From contig OZ244960.1 in assembly GCA_965222605.1 (NCBI GenBank), positions 4,512,001 to 4,576,000 on the forward strand: a DNA stretch of 64,000 nucleotides, read 5' to 3'. The notes beneath the pieces were generated by a model. That model was given only the letters and a program-made list of their open reading frames with translations. It did no database searches and was not told the DNA's origin. Positions 10,153-18,575 of this stretch are shown piece by piece. The translations under genes were made by a program, and so were the position numbers. Within the stretch, counting starts at the first letter, position 1; every line of letters starts with the position of its first letter. Source of the stretch: Candidatus Latescibacterota bacterium. GTDB lineage: Bacteria > Latescibacterota > UBA2968.

Positions 10153-10692
10153 ATGAATTGGAATCTTTTTAAAAAAAAGAAAGAAGAACCCGAAGCTCTC
10201 GATCCCCTTAGTATTACGCTGTCCGATCTCAAACTGGGTTATGTTCTCGACTACGATCTCAAAACATGGCAGGTCACGGCGCAGCATTATTACGATTACG
10301 AAGGGGATCGCGTGGATGAATGGGAACTTACCTGCGGCGATGACCTGGCATATCTCGAGCGGGCAGAAGACGATAATATCGCCTGGGCATTGACGCGCAA
10401 AATTCCCCTTTCCGATATTGAGAGCAATATCCGCGCGCATATGAGCAACTACGATGATCCCCCAGATGAAGTCACTTGCAATGGTATTATTTACTACGGG
10501 GAATCATCAGCCGTTGGATCTTATTACAAAGATGGCGAGGGAGAGGGGCAGGAGTTTATCATCTGGAATTATCTCGACGAGTCGGCAAAGCACACTTTGT
10601 CTCTCGAGCAATGGGAAGAAAATGCTTATGATGCCGCAGTGGGTGAGGTCGTCGAAGAATATCAATTTAGCAATATCCTGCCAGTCGCGTAA
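10153..10692 (+). CDS. DUF4178 domain protein
   Basis: ATG 10153 after GGGAGAG. LKLGYVLDYDLKTWQV, EWEL, LSLEQW, G..VEEYQFSNILP; acidic beta-rich; follows pspA. Confidence 0.75.
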   Translation: MNWNLFKKKKEEPEALDPLSITLSDLKLGYVLDYDLKTWQVTAQHYYDYEGDRVDEWELTCGDDLAYLERAEDDNIAWALTRKIPLSDIESNIRAHMSNYDDPPDEVTCNGIIYYGESSAVGSYYKDGEGEGQEFIIWNYLDESAKHTLSLEQWEENAYDAAVGEVVEEYQFSNILPVA

Positions 10693-10697
10693 TATCT

Positions 10698-12233
10698 CTA
10701 TTCAACTCCCCATTCTGATTTTCTATAGTATTGATCTACTGTCGGTTCCATTTCTGTGCTGACATCAATTGCGTGTTTTTCGTCAAACATGCCCTTCCAG
10801 AAGTGCAACATTCCCCGCATCGCTTCCGCATTCAAAAATTGTGTTTCAATATTCGCAAAGGTGAGTTGCCGCATTCGGCGACCCAGATCCTCTTTGCGCA
10901 TTCCCTGTGTTTTCATCCCCAGTACCCATCCCCAATCGCCCATCGTTGGTATATAGGTGTGATAGGGTATTGTCGAAAAGCCGGCGTCTTCCATCGTGCG
11001 CTCAATGCACAGAAAAGCAAGACGCGCGTTAAGAGGACTCGATGCCTGGGTTACCAGCACGCCATCGGGTGTTAGGTGACGCGCACACAAGCGATAAAAT
11101 TCCCGTGAATACAATCTGGCGAGGTCTGGCCCTTTGGGGTCGGGCAGGTCGATGATGATGATATTGAATAACGCATCTGAATGCGCCAAAAACGCGCCGG
11201 CATCGCCGATTACTACATTTACACGCGGGTCGTCCAGTGCCCGCGCGTTCGCTTCTACAAAAATTGGATATGTGCGCGCCAGGTCGATTATCGCTTTATC
11301 TAAATCTACCAGCGTAATCGCTTTCACATCTGCGTATTTCACGACTTCGCGCACAGCCAGTCCATCCCCTCCGCCTAAGATGAGCACGTTGTTCCGCGAT
11401 CCAGATAGTTGCAGGGCCGGATGCACCAGCGATTCGTGATAGCGTTCTTCGTCATAGGTGCTGAATTGTACGTTGCCATTTAAGTGCAGCCAGTGGTGGC
11501 CTTTCCATTCTGTTATGACAATGCGTTGATAAGCGGTCTGTTCCTGATAGACTACGCGGTCGCGATACCGACTTTGCTCGCCCCATATCACAATGGGACG
11601 GATATAAATTCCCAGTACCAGAAGGCCTGCGCCCATAATCCAAAATGCCGCCAACAATCGAATGGGCCGCGCCAATAAGTGTCGATATTGCCACAGTAAT
11701 ACCGATGCCACGACAAAGTTAATCGCGGCCAACGCCAGCGGTGTGTAGGTCAGGCCCAATTCTGGCAATAAAAAAAAGGCGAACAATAGTCCGCCGATCA
11801 ATGCGCCAAAATAGTCTTTTTCCATTACTGAGGCGATATTGGTACGCAGATCCTGGTACGCTTCGTTCATGCGAGCGACCAGCGGAATTTCCATGCCGAT
11901 TAGCACGCCGATTGCAAAAGCATACACATAGATGAAAATACCTGCCGACAGCACGAGTGTCGATCCAAAATACGCCGCAACCGCACAGGTGGCACACAGA
12001 GCCGAGAGATAAAATTCGATTGCGATAAAGCGATCCAGCAACCGGTCTGTCAATAAGCGGCTCCATCGACTGCCCAGGCCCATGGCAAATAACATCAGCG
12101 ACATGAGCATTGCCCACTGCAATGTCGTATTGCCCAATAGATAGCTCGCCAGCGTTGATAGCGTAAATTCCGCTACAATGCCCGAACACCCCGTGGCGAA
12201 TATACAGGCTTTTAAGAGATAACTTTGACGCAT
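10698..12233 (-). CDS. speE: Polyamine aminopropyltransferase (spermidine synthase) with N-terminal membrane domain
   Basis: About 7 N-terminal TM segments, QFSTYDEERYHESLVHP, LILGGGDGLA, VDLD, IDLPDP. Confidence 0.9.
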   Translation of the reverse strand: MRQSYLLKACIFATGCSGIVAEFTLSTLASYLLGNTTLQWAMLMSLMLFAMGLGSRWSRLLTDRLLDRFIAIEFYLSALCATCAVAAYFGSTLVLSAGIFIYVYAFAIGVLIGMEIPLVARMNEAYQDLRTNIASVMEKDYFGALIGGLLFAFFLLPELGLTYTPLALAAINFVVASVLLWQYRHLLARPIRLLAAFWIMGAGLLVLGIYIRPIVIWGEQSRYRDRVVYQEQTAYQRIVITEWKGHHWLHLNGNVQFSTYDEERYHESLVHPALQLSGSRNNVLILGGGDGLAVREVVKYADVKAITLVDLDKAIIDLARTYPIFVEANARALDDPRVNVVIGDAGAFLAHSDALFNIIIIDLPDPKGPDLARLYSREFYRLCARHLTPDGVLVTQASSPLNARLAFLCIERTMEDAGFSTIPYHTYIPTMGDWGWVLGMKTQGMRKEDLGRRMRQLTFANIETQFLNAEAMRGMLHFWKGMFDEKHAIDVSTEMEPTVDQYYRKSEWGVE

Positions 12234-12240
12234 ATTAAAA

Positions 12241-12280
12241 TAATAAAAATAACTCGGCGGGTGGAATACCCACCGAGTTA
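12241..12280 (-). terminator. Intrinsic terminator between DUF350 gene and speE
   Basis: Minus strand: TAACTCGGTGGGT-ATTCC-ACCCGCCGAGTTA followed by TTTTTATTATTTT. Confidence 0.65.
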
Positions 12281-12310
12281 AAGAGATTTAATCAGGGAAT
12301 TTTACAGTTT

Positions 12311-13156
12311 TCACAAACTCCACACAATCAGGAACGACGCGCCGATATAAGACGTGGCCTCAATGAAGCCCGCGGCCAAATTGGGGTGTTCTTGATTGGC
12401 GATTTCATCGGTGAGTTTTTGTCCGGGCAAGAGGATCACATCGGAGATGAACCGGGCGATGGGTAGCAGTATTAATCCCGCGATTACTTCGATTGCAAAA
12501 TCCTGTAGATTTACGGTCCATGAAATAAAATCACCCGCCGATGCGTGAAATACAATGACGCCAATGCCGACCAATGCGCCAGCAAAAGCGACGCCAGCGG
12601 CGACATTGTCTTTTTCAATTTCGTCGTGAATGCTATACGGGGTAATCCATTCGTACACCAGCCCGGCCAGTATCAGGGCTATTTGACCCGATGCCCAGAA
12701 AATCACTGTTGTCACAATCCCGCCAATTTCACCCGATACCGCACCAAAGATCACCAATCCCGTTGCAATATACGACGCAGCGACCACAACACCCGTGCCC
12801 ACGTTCTGATCGTCAATCAATTCATCCCGAACTTTGAATCCATGTAAGATCACCCAGTCATTGACCAGACGGGACAAATTCAGCAAGACAATCGCCAGCA
12901 GTCCGTATATGCCAATGTCGATCAAATCGTTTTCCAATCCCTGAGATGGTCCCGATAAGGTGCCACCAATGGCCATTATCAATCCAAAATAATATCCCGC
13001 CATGGCCACACCCAGTGCAGCGTTGTCTTTTTCGACCAGTTCATCCCGCACGCTGTAACTCCGTGTCGTCAAATCCTTGATCAATTTGCCGAGCCAGAAT
13101 AATATAAACGCACTAATGAGATAAATACCCGTTGCGATCAAATCCTGTAAAATCAT
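12311..13156 (-). CDS. DUF350 membrane protein (tandem domains)
   Basis: Start ATG 13156 (GGAGG RBS, ATGA overlap with upstream gene). Repeated ELVEKDNAALG / ELIDDQNVGTG / EIEKDNVAAG / EIANQEHPNLAAG between TM helices. The longer 404-aa ORF start overlaps the upstream gene and is unlikely. Confidence 0.85.
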   Translation of the reverse strand: MILQDLIATGIYLISAFILFWLGKLIKDLTTRSYSVRDELVEKDNAALGVAMAGYYFGLIMAIGGTLSGPSQGLENDLIDIGIYGLLAIVLLNLSRLVNDWVILHGFKVRDELIDDQNVGTGVVVAASYIATGLVIFGAVSGEIGGIVTTVIFWASGQIALILAGLVYEWITPYSIHDEIEKDNVAAGVAFAGALVGIGVIVFHASAGDFISWTVNLQDFAIEVIAGLILLPIARFISDVILLPGQKLTDEIANQEHPNLAAGFIEATSYIGASFLIVWSL

Positions 13157-13884
13157 TTTCCAAACCCTCCAAAACTGCGGCTGCCAAATCCAGATCGGCT
13201 GCGACTCGTTGAACGCGAACTGCCAAATCCGCTGCGACTCTGGCTCGTGCGACTTTGCACTTTTTGTGTGAACGATTGTCTCTTTTGGGCTATGGTTGCC
13301 TTGCGTCGCTGGAATGTCGTTGGTTTTTGTTTTTGCGTGACAGACCCCTGCGTGCCATATTCCCGATTGCGCCCATAATACGGGCGTCGATCCTGGCGAT
13401 AAGACCGATAATCGTCGTAATCGTAGCGACTCATGCCGAATCCGCCGCCCCAACCGAGCAAACTTCGCATCATCGCGTATTGGCCGTAAAACTCCCAGAA
13501 CGACGTGCCCCCGCGATTCGTCCATTGTCCGTATTGTGGATTGCCCACATAGTGGTATCCGGGCGGGTGTGGCGTATTGTTTACGCCATCTTGCTCAGAT
13601 TTGGCAACCAGCGCCATTCCCAAAAATGGTTCGTATTTTCGATAGATGGCCTCCGATACTTCTATCCAGTCCGATTGTACCTTTTTTTCGCCCTGTGTAA
13701 TTAAATACCGATGATAATACGCGGTAAAAACAGTGCCTTCTTCACGTATATCATCCAACACAATCATATACGCCGGTGCCGAGGCCAGCGATTTTTGCAT
13801 TTCAACTACGGGATCGCGTTCGCCGCCGCACCCGCACAACAACAGAAGGCCGATCAGAAAGACCGGCAATCGTTCTCGTGTCAT
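13153..13884 (-). CDS. Hypothetical lipoprotein with Arg/Ser/Gly-rich tail (Psp/DUF350 cassette partner)
   Basis: Lipobox LLLCGC, PPGYHYVGNPQYGQW...SFWEFYGQYAMM, C-terminal SRSGFGSSRSTSRSRSGFGSRSFGGFGK. GGAGGAG RBS. Confidence 0.8.
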   Translation of the reverse strand: MTRERLPVFLIGLLLLCGCGGERDPVVEMQKSLASAPAYMIVLDDIREEGTVFTAYYHRYLITQGEKKVQSDWIEVSEAIYRKYEPFLGMALVAKSEQDGVNNTPHPPGYHYVGNPQYGQWTNRGGTSFWEFYGQYAMMRSLLGWGGGFGMSRYDYDDYRSYRQDRRPYYGRNREYGTQGSVTQKQKPTTFQRRKATIAQKRQSFTQKVQSRTSQSRSGFGSSRSTSRSRSGFGSRSFGGFGK

Positions 13885-13955
13885 AATCTCCTCCAGATAT
13901 GGGTGGTTGCAACCATAGTCTTCTTAAGATACGTCAATATCGGTTTTGTGCAATA

Positions 13956-15419
13956 CTATCTTGGGTCTTCGGGCAATTGTGAGAAGTCAAACTCGTTTAC
14001 AGTATTGATGTCTGGCGCGAATGGAGGGATAGCGTGGGGGATATGGCTGTGCCCACAGCGTGCTATGAGCGCTCGGGCGCGCGCTTGCCGTTCGGCTTGT
14101 TTCAAAATATCATCGGCAGACCAGCGTGCAAAATTTTTTTCGAGGCCCGATTGGATCACGTCTTGATATCGGGGGTTATCGCTCAGGTCACGGCGTTCTT
14201 CGGGGTCTTCTTCGATGTTGAACAATTGGCAGGAGTCATGTTCAGAATAATAGTTCAATTTCCACGGACCCGTGCGGATCATGCACGCGGGTTGGTCGCC
14301 GAGCAAGCCGATGTATTCTGCAAAGACTTCATTGGGCCAGTCCGGTGGCGGGGAACCTGTGAGGAATGGGGCGAAGCTTTTGCCCGAGACATCGGGCATG
14401 GGGTCTGAACCCGCAATATCCAGAGCCGTGGGGCCGACGTCGATGAGGCTGACGATGGCATCTTCTGTGCGGTTTTCGTGAAGATGGCCCGGCCATGAGC
14501 AGATTAAGGGAATGCCGACAGAGCCTTCGTAAAAACTGCTTTTCCACCACATGCCGTGTTCATGGGCCATATCGCCGTGGTCTGAGGTGTAGATGATGAC
14601 GGTATTATCCGCATCGGAAGTAGATTGTACGGTGTCACTGATCTGACCGATGTACCGGTCGAGTTCGGTGGTCAAGCCGTAATAAGCGGCTAATCCGCGG
14701 CGGTTCTGTTCCGGGGTGATGTCGTCAACGCCGCGTCGCTCGCGCCATTTTTTCATGGCTGGATGCAGGGCGTTTAGGTATTCGGGAGATTCGGGTTCGA
14801 GGGGTGGTATCTGCGCCATGTAATACTCGAAGTCTTCTCTGTCGCAGATCAGGGGATTGTGCGGGTTCATGTAACCGACGACGAGGGCATAAGGTCTGTC
14901 GTTGTTTTGCCGATCGGCGATGAATTTGCAGGCTGTTTCGGTGACGGATTTGTCAAAGTGGCGATAGCCGGTTTCGCCATGACCAGATACTTGAACGCCG
15001 TATTTGGTTTGTCCTGTTGTGCGATTGTATCCCGCGCCGAGAATTTCTGCGGATAGCCCACCGCAGTCGGCGTGGATGCGTTTTTCAAAGCCGTGGAATT
15101 GGTCGGGGTTTCTAAAGTGCATGCGACCACATAGCACGGCTTCGTATCCCGCCGCGCCAAATGCATGGGCAAATGTGGGGGTGTCAAAAGACAGGCTGCC
15201 ACTGTTGTCATAAACACCCACGTCGCTGGGGTACTGTGCAGACATAAAGCCCGAGCGCGAAGGCGCGCAGAGGGGATAGGGGCAATACGCATTGCGAAAC
15301 CGGGTTCCGCGACGCGCAAGCGTATCTAAATTTGGCGTTTGCACAATGGGATTTTCCGCACATCCCATTACATGGGGGTTGTGCTGATCGGAGATGATGA
15401 TGATAATGTTAGGAGTCAT
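13956..15419 (-). CDS. Sulfatase (choline-sulfatase-like, Cys-type)
   Basis: MTPNIIIIISDQH, CAPSR (CxPxR), GRMHF, SDHGDM, WWKSSFYEGS. Start at ATG 15419. Confidence 0.92.
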   Translation of the reverse strand: MTPNIIIIISDQHNPHVMGCAENPIVQTPNLDTLARRGTRFRNAYCPYPLCAPSRSGFMSAQYPSDVGVYDNSGSLSFDTPTFAHAFGAAGYEAVLCGRMHFRNPDQFHGFEKRIHADCGGLSAEILGAGYNRTTGQTKYGVQVSGHGETGYRHFDKSVTETACKFIADRQNNDRPYALVVGYMNPHNPLICDREDFEYYMAQIPPLEPESPEYLNALHPAMKKWRERRGVDDITPEQNRRGLAAYYGLTTELDRYIGQISDTVQSTSDADNTVIIYTSDHGDMAHEHGMWWKSSFYEGSVGIPLICSWPGHLHENRTEDAIVSLIDVGPTALDIAGSDPMPDVSGKSFAPFLTGSPPPDWPNEVFAEYIGLLGDQPACMIRTGPWKLNYYSEHDSCQLFNIEEDPEERRDLSDNPRYQDVIQSGLEKNFARWSADDILKQAERQARARALIARCGHSHIPHAIPPFAPDINTVNEFDFSQLPEDPR

Positions 15420-15450
15420 AGGTAGAAGTGAGAAGTCTGAAACAACTGGA

Positions 15451-16158
15451 TTATTTTCCGTCATTTCCGTTATACAGTCCCTCTCCGCGTACGAGAAGGC
15501 GTTTGGGGTTGGGGATGTCCATGAGTTCGTCAACGCTGTGATAGCCAACTGTCATGCTCATGCGCGTGTCTTCTGTGTGGTTTTCGCCTGCGCCGTGGAC
15601 GACCATGCTGTCGATTGCGAGCATTCCGCCTGCGGGCATGGGTACGGGGAGTGCCTGGCCCAGAATATCGCTTGCCCAGTCTGCATCGTGAATAGATGTG
15701 GAGACGCCGGGGAAGTGATGCGACCCGGGTACAATGCGGGTACATCCATTTTCAAGGGTGGTTTCTTCGAGGTAAAAGATGATGGTGTAGATGTTGCGCG
15801 TCCACTGCCTGACATCGCGGTGGAGATACGCGCCTTTGTTGTCATTCGCCGTGCGTAAGGTGGCGTGGTTGTGGCGGTTGGTGAGGATTTCGATATTGGG
15901 TCCCAAGAGCGATTCGAGCGGGTCGAGTGTGAATGGATGTGTGACTGCTTCTCGGAAGATCGGCGCGCGATCCATGAGGGCAGAGATACGCACGGCGCGG
16001 CCATCTTTATTGCGTACGATGGGTTCGATTTTGTGGTCAATATCGTCCATGATCGCCGCTTTCAGATTTTCAACCATTTCTTCTGGCAGGGGGTCTGGAA
16101 GGCAGAGAAAACCGTTGTTTCGAAAGAGCTGGATTTGTCGCAAGGTGAGTGAGGGCAT
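15451..16158 (-). CDS. Phytanoyl-CoA dioxygenase (PhyH) family Fe(II)/2OG oxygenase, canonical HxD
   Basis: FRNNGF, H113-R-D115, ENGCTRIVPGSH, distal VHGAGEN...TRMS. Confidence 0.88.
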   Translation of the reverse strand: MPSLTLRQIQLFRNNGFLCLPDPLPEEMVENLKAAIMDDIDHKIEPIVRNKDGRAVRISALMDRAPIFREAVTHPFTLDPLESLLGPNIEILTNRHNHATLRTANDNKGAYLHRDVRQWTRNIYTIIFYLEETTLENGCTRIVPGSHHFPGVSTSIHDADWASDILGQALPVPMPAGGMLAIDSMVVHGAGENHTEDTRMSMTVGYHSVDELMDIPNPKRLLVRGEGLYNGNDGK

Positions 16159-16161
16159 GTC

Positions 16162-16911
16162 CTACTCCTGAATGGGAAGCGCATAGGGATGTGGGTGTCC
16201 TGTATAGACTTTTTCGCCGCGCACGAGAATTTTTTCCGGGTCGTCTTTGATCACATCGTGGGCGTCGTGGGCGCGATAGGCAACCGTCATGCTGCGGCGG
16301 GAATGATCAGAACCATTTGTGTCCGACCCGTGATAACAGCAATCGTTAAAGAGCAGTACCCCGCCGCGCGGCATGGGGATGGGCACTGCGCGGTAATAGT
16401 TGTCGCTGTTGTAAAAATTGTCTCTTTGTTTCTGTGGTCGGCGCGGGTTGAGGAACGGACGGTTGTGGCTGCCGGGCACAATGCGTATACAGCCATTTTC
16501 AATGGTTGATTCTTCGAGGTATATCAAGCCGGTGATCAGCGTGTGGTCATAGGGTTCTTCACCGGCGTGCCAGGGCACGGGATAAGACCCGGATGGGCGC
16601 ACCATGACGTGGTTGTGTTTGTTGGTGAGTACTTCGACGTTTGGACCGATGATGCCTTCGAGGGCATCGAGGATGATGGGGTGAGACACAGCTTCGAAAT
16701 AGACGGAGTCTCTTAAGAAAATTTTTGAAAGGCGGCGAACATTTTCTGGCTTTCGCGCCCCTTTTTCTTCCCAAACAATGGGTTCGCGCATGCCTGAAAT
16801 CTGCCGGGAGGTGACTTCATTTAATTGATCGACCAGGTCGCCAGGCAGGGTCTCGCGGACTTTGTAGAATCCGGTGGTTTTGAAATACCAGAGGTCTTCT
16901 TCTGTGATCAT
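16162..16911 (-). CDS. PhyH family Fe(II)/2OG enzyme with HxG motif (putative halogenase)
   Basis: FKTTGF, W-H115-A-G117-E, ENGCIRIVPGSH, distal H194 and R205. Family is secure; halogenase activity is inferred. Confidence 0.85.
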   Translation of the reverse strand: MITEEDLWYFKTTGFYKVRETLPGDLVDQLNEVTSRQISGMREPIVWEEKGARKPENVRRLSKIFLRDSVYFEAVSHPIILDALEGIIGPNVEVLTNKHNHVMVRPSGSYPVPWHAGEEPYDHTLITGLIYLEESTIENGCIRIVPGSHNRPFLNPRRPQKQRDNFYNSDNYYRAVPIPMPRGGVLLFNDCCYHGSDTNGSDHSRRSMTVAYRAHDAHDVIKDDPEKILVRGEKVYTGHPHPYALPIQE

Positions 16912-16944
16912 GTTTGAGTTATCCTTTTGAGTGAGATTCTCCTA

Positions 16945-18303
16945 TTATCTCGGGTCCATTACCCGCCCGACAAATAGGGTGGTGTTGGTCGCTATGTCTC
17001 GAATGAGGAAGATAAATGGCCGATCGATCGCGACCACAATCGGCGGTGGGGGAACGGATTTTACGCCTACGACCACGGCGGTGGCTGCTGCGGCTTCTGT
17101 ACCTTTCTCATTTACGAGGACGAATGCCTTGTGAAAGGCATCCGAAATGGAGAGGTCTTTTCTTCCATCCATGCCCGAGAAGTCCGCTAATTGCTGATTG
17201 AAGGCATCTGATATTCCCATCTTTTTGAGGGTTGCGCCCAGCTTGAATTGCGCTTCAAACTCGAATGAAGGCATGGTGAGTTCTACTTGCTCGCGATTCA
17301 GGTCTTCCGAAATTTGACTGACGAGTTCGGCGTTTAGCGAATTTTCGAACGGATTAAAATTACCCTTGTCGGGAAGCAGGATGAGCATGGATATTTCACT
17401 GCCGTCGTAGAGCAACTCAACGGCCTGATATCCCGTGCCACTCGCATAGCCAAATAATTCGGTCTGTCGCATCATCGGTACTTTTACGCTGTTGCCGTTT
17501 AGCAAGTGGAAGTCGCCTTCAGCAGTGGCTTTTTCGTCGAAAGTGTAGAGCCACGCCGCGTTGAAGTAGATGGCATTGGTGAGGACTAATCGGGTCAAGT
17601 TGTCGATGGCACCGGAAGGAATCAGGTCTTTGATCTTGTCTTCCGTCTGATGGGCGACCCAGTCATTGATCGCGACTCGCGAGTCTTCTGGCGCCTCCGT
17701 GAAATTTGCTATTTTCATTCCAGCGCCGTAATTCTCAGCCAGTTTGTCCAGGAAGTCCTGCAGGAAGTCAAAGCCCTGCTGCCCCCAGATCGCATTGGCG
17801 ATGTTCAATCGAAACCCCTTACCCTCTGTGCCGCTACTCCCTTCGCCGCGAGAGGCGAGTTGGAGATCGAGGGCGTTGAACGCGGGATGCAACTTGTCCT
17901 GGGACAGGGTGAAGTGTAGTGTGTTCGATATCTGGCGTTCGGTTTCGCCTCTGGCACCGGCATGTGTCATGGCAAGTGCCAGCGAGATGCTGTAGGGCGA
18001 ATAGAAGAGGTTCCCACTTTCTTCCTCGCGCAGTTTCTGATACAGGTCGAAGGCGAAGGCGTTGTTTCCACGGACCAGGTCTGTTAGTTCTGAATCTGTC
18101 GCCAGAGGTACGGTCACCCGCGTCTTTTCTGAGCGCACTTCTTCTGTCTCAGACGGTGTCTCGGTTGGCGGTGATGCCGTGGGCGAGGAGGTCTCCGGTA
18201 ATTTACCGCATCCGAGTAGTGCTGCTGATAGTATTACAGCGGGTAGCAAACGGTTGGCGAAGATGGGAACTACCATTTTATATGGCTTTTGTGTCGTGTC
18301 CAT
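16945..18303 (-). CDS. Serpin family protease inhibitor (lipoprotein)
   Basis: NLFYSPYSIS, LVLTNAIYFNAAW, hinge EKGTEAAAATA, DRPFIFLIRD..T..LFVGRV..P; lipobox ALLGC. Confidence 0.95.
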   Translation of the reverse strand: MDTTQKPYKMVVPIFANRLLPAVILSAALLGCGKLPETSSPTASPPTETPSETEEVRSEKTRVTVPLATDSELTDLVRGNNAFAFDLYQKLREEESGNLFYSPYSISLALAMTHAGARGETERQISNTLHFTLSQDKLHPAFNALDLQLASRGEGSSGTEGKGFRLNIANAIWGQQGFDFLQDFLDKLAENYGAGMKIANFTEAPEDSRVAINDWVAHQTEDKIKDLIPSGAIDNLTRLVLTNAIYFNAAWLYTFDEKATAEGDFHLLNGNSVKVPMMRQTELFGYASGTGYQAVELLYDGSEISMLILLPDKGNFNPFENSLNAELVSQISEDLNREQVELTMPSFEFEAQFKLGATLKKMGISDAFNQQLADFSGMDGRKDLSISDAFHKAFVLVNEKGTEAAAATAVVVGVKSVPPPPIVVAIDRPFIFLIRDIATNTTLFVGRVMDPR

Positions 18304-18575
18304 CCCAACCTCCTTGGCTACTGTTTTGATGTAGATGTATAGGTACAGAAAAATTATCCTAAATTATAGTGTAAATCAAGGTTTATTGTTCGCGGTGGGG
18401 TTGCACGCACAGGATGTTCCCCGACAGCCGCACTTCAAGCGCGATGATTCGAGGTGTCACATTTTTTCCAATCTGGATGCTCTCGTTTTTTCTATGAGTA
18501 AGGAAAAAAATGTAGTATATTGAAGTTAGTTGGAGTTCTTTGTTTTTTGCTTGCTTTTTGTGAAAGGATGTCTGT

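Noticed and set aside
13157-13525. N-terminal extension of the DUF350 ORF (404 aa)
   Set aside because: Overlaps the lipoprotein gene in another frame; the RBS and ATGA coupling point to a start at 13156.
18304-18575. 272-bp spacer upstream of the B12 radical SAM gene as a possible cobalamin riboswitch or small ORF
   Set aside because: No recognisable B12-box or core motifs, and the short ORFs lack an RBS and coding features.
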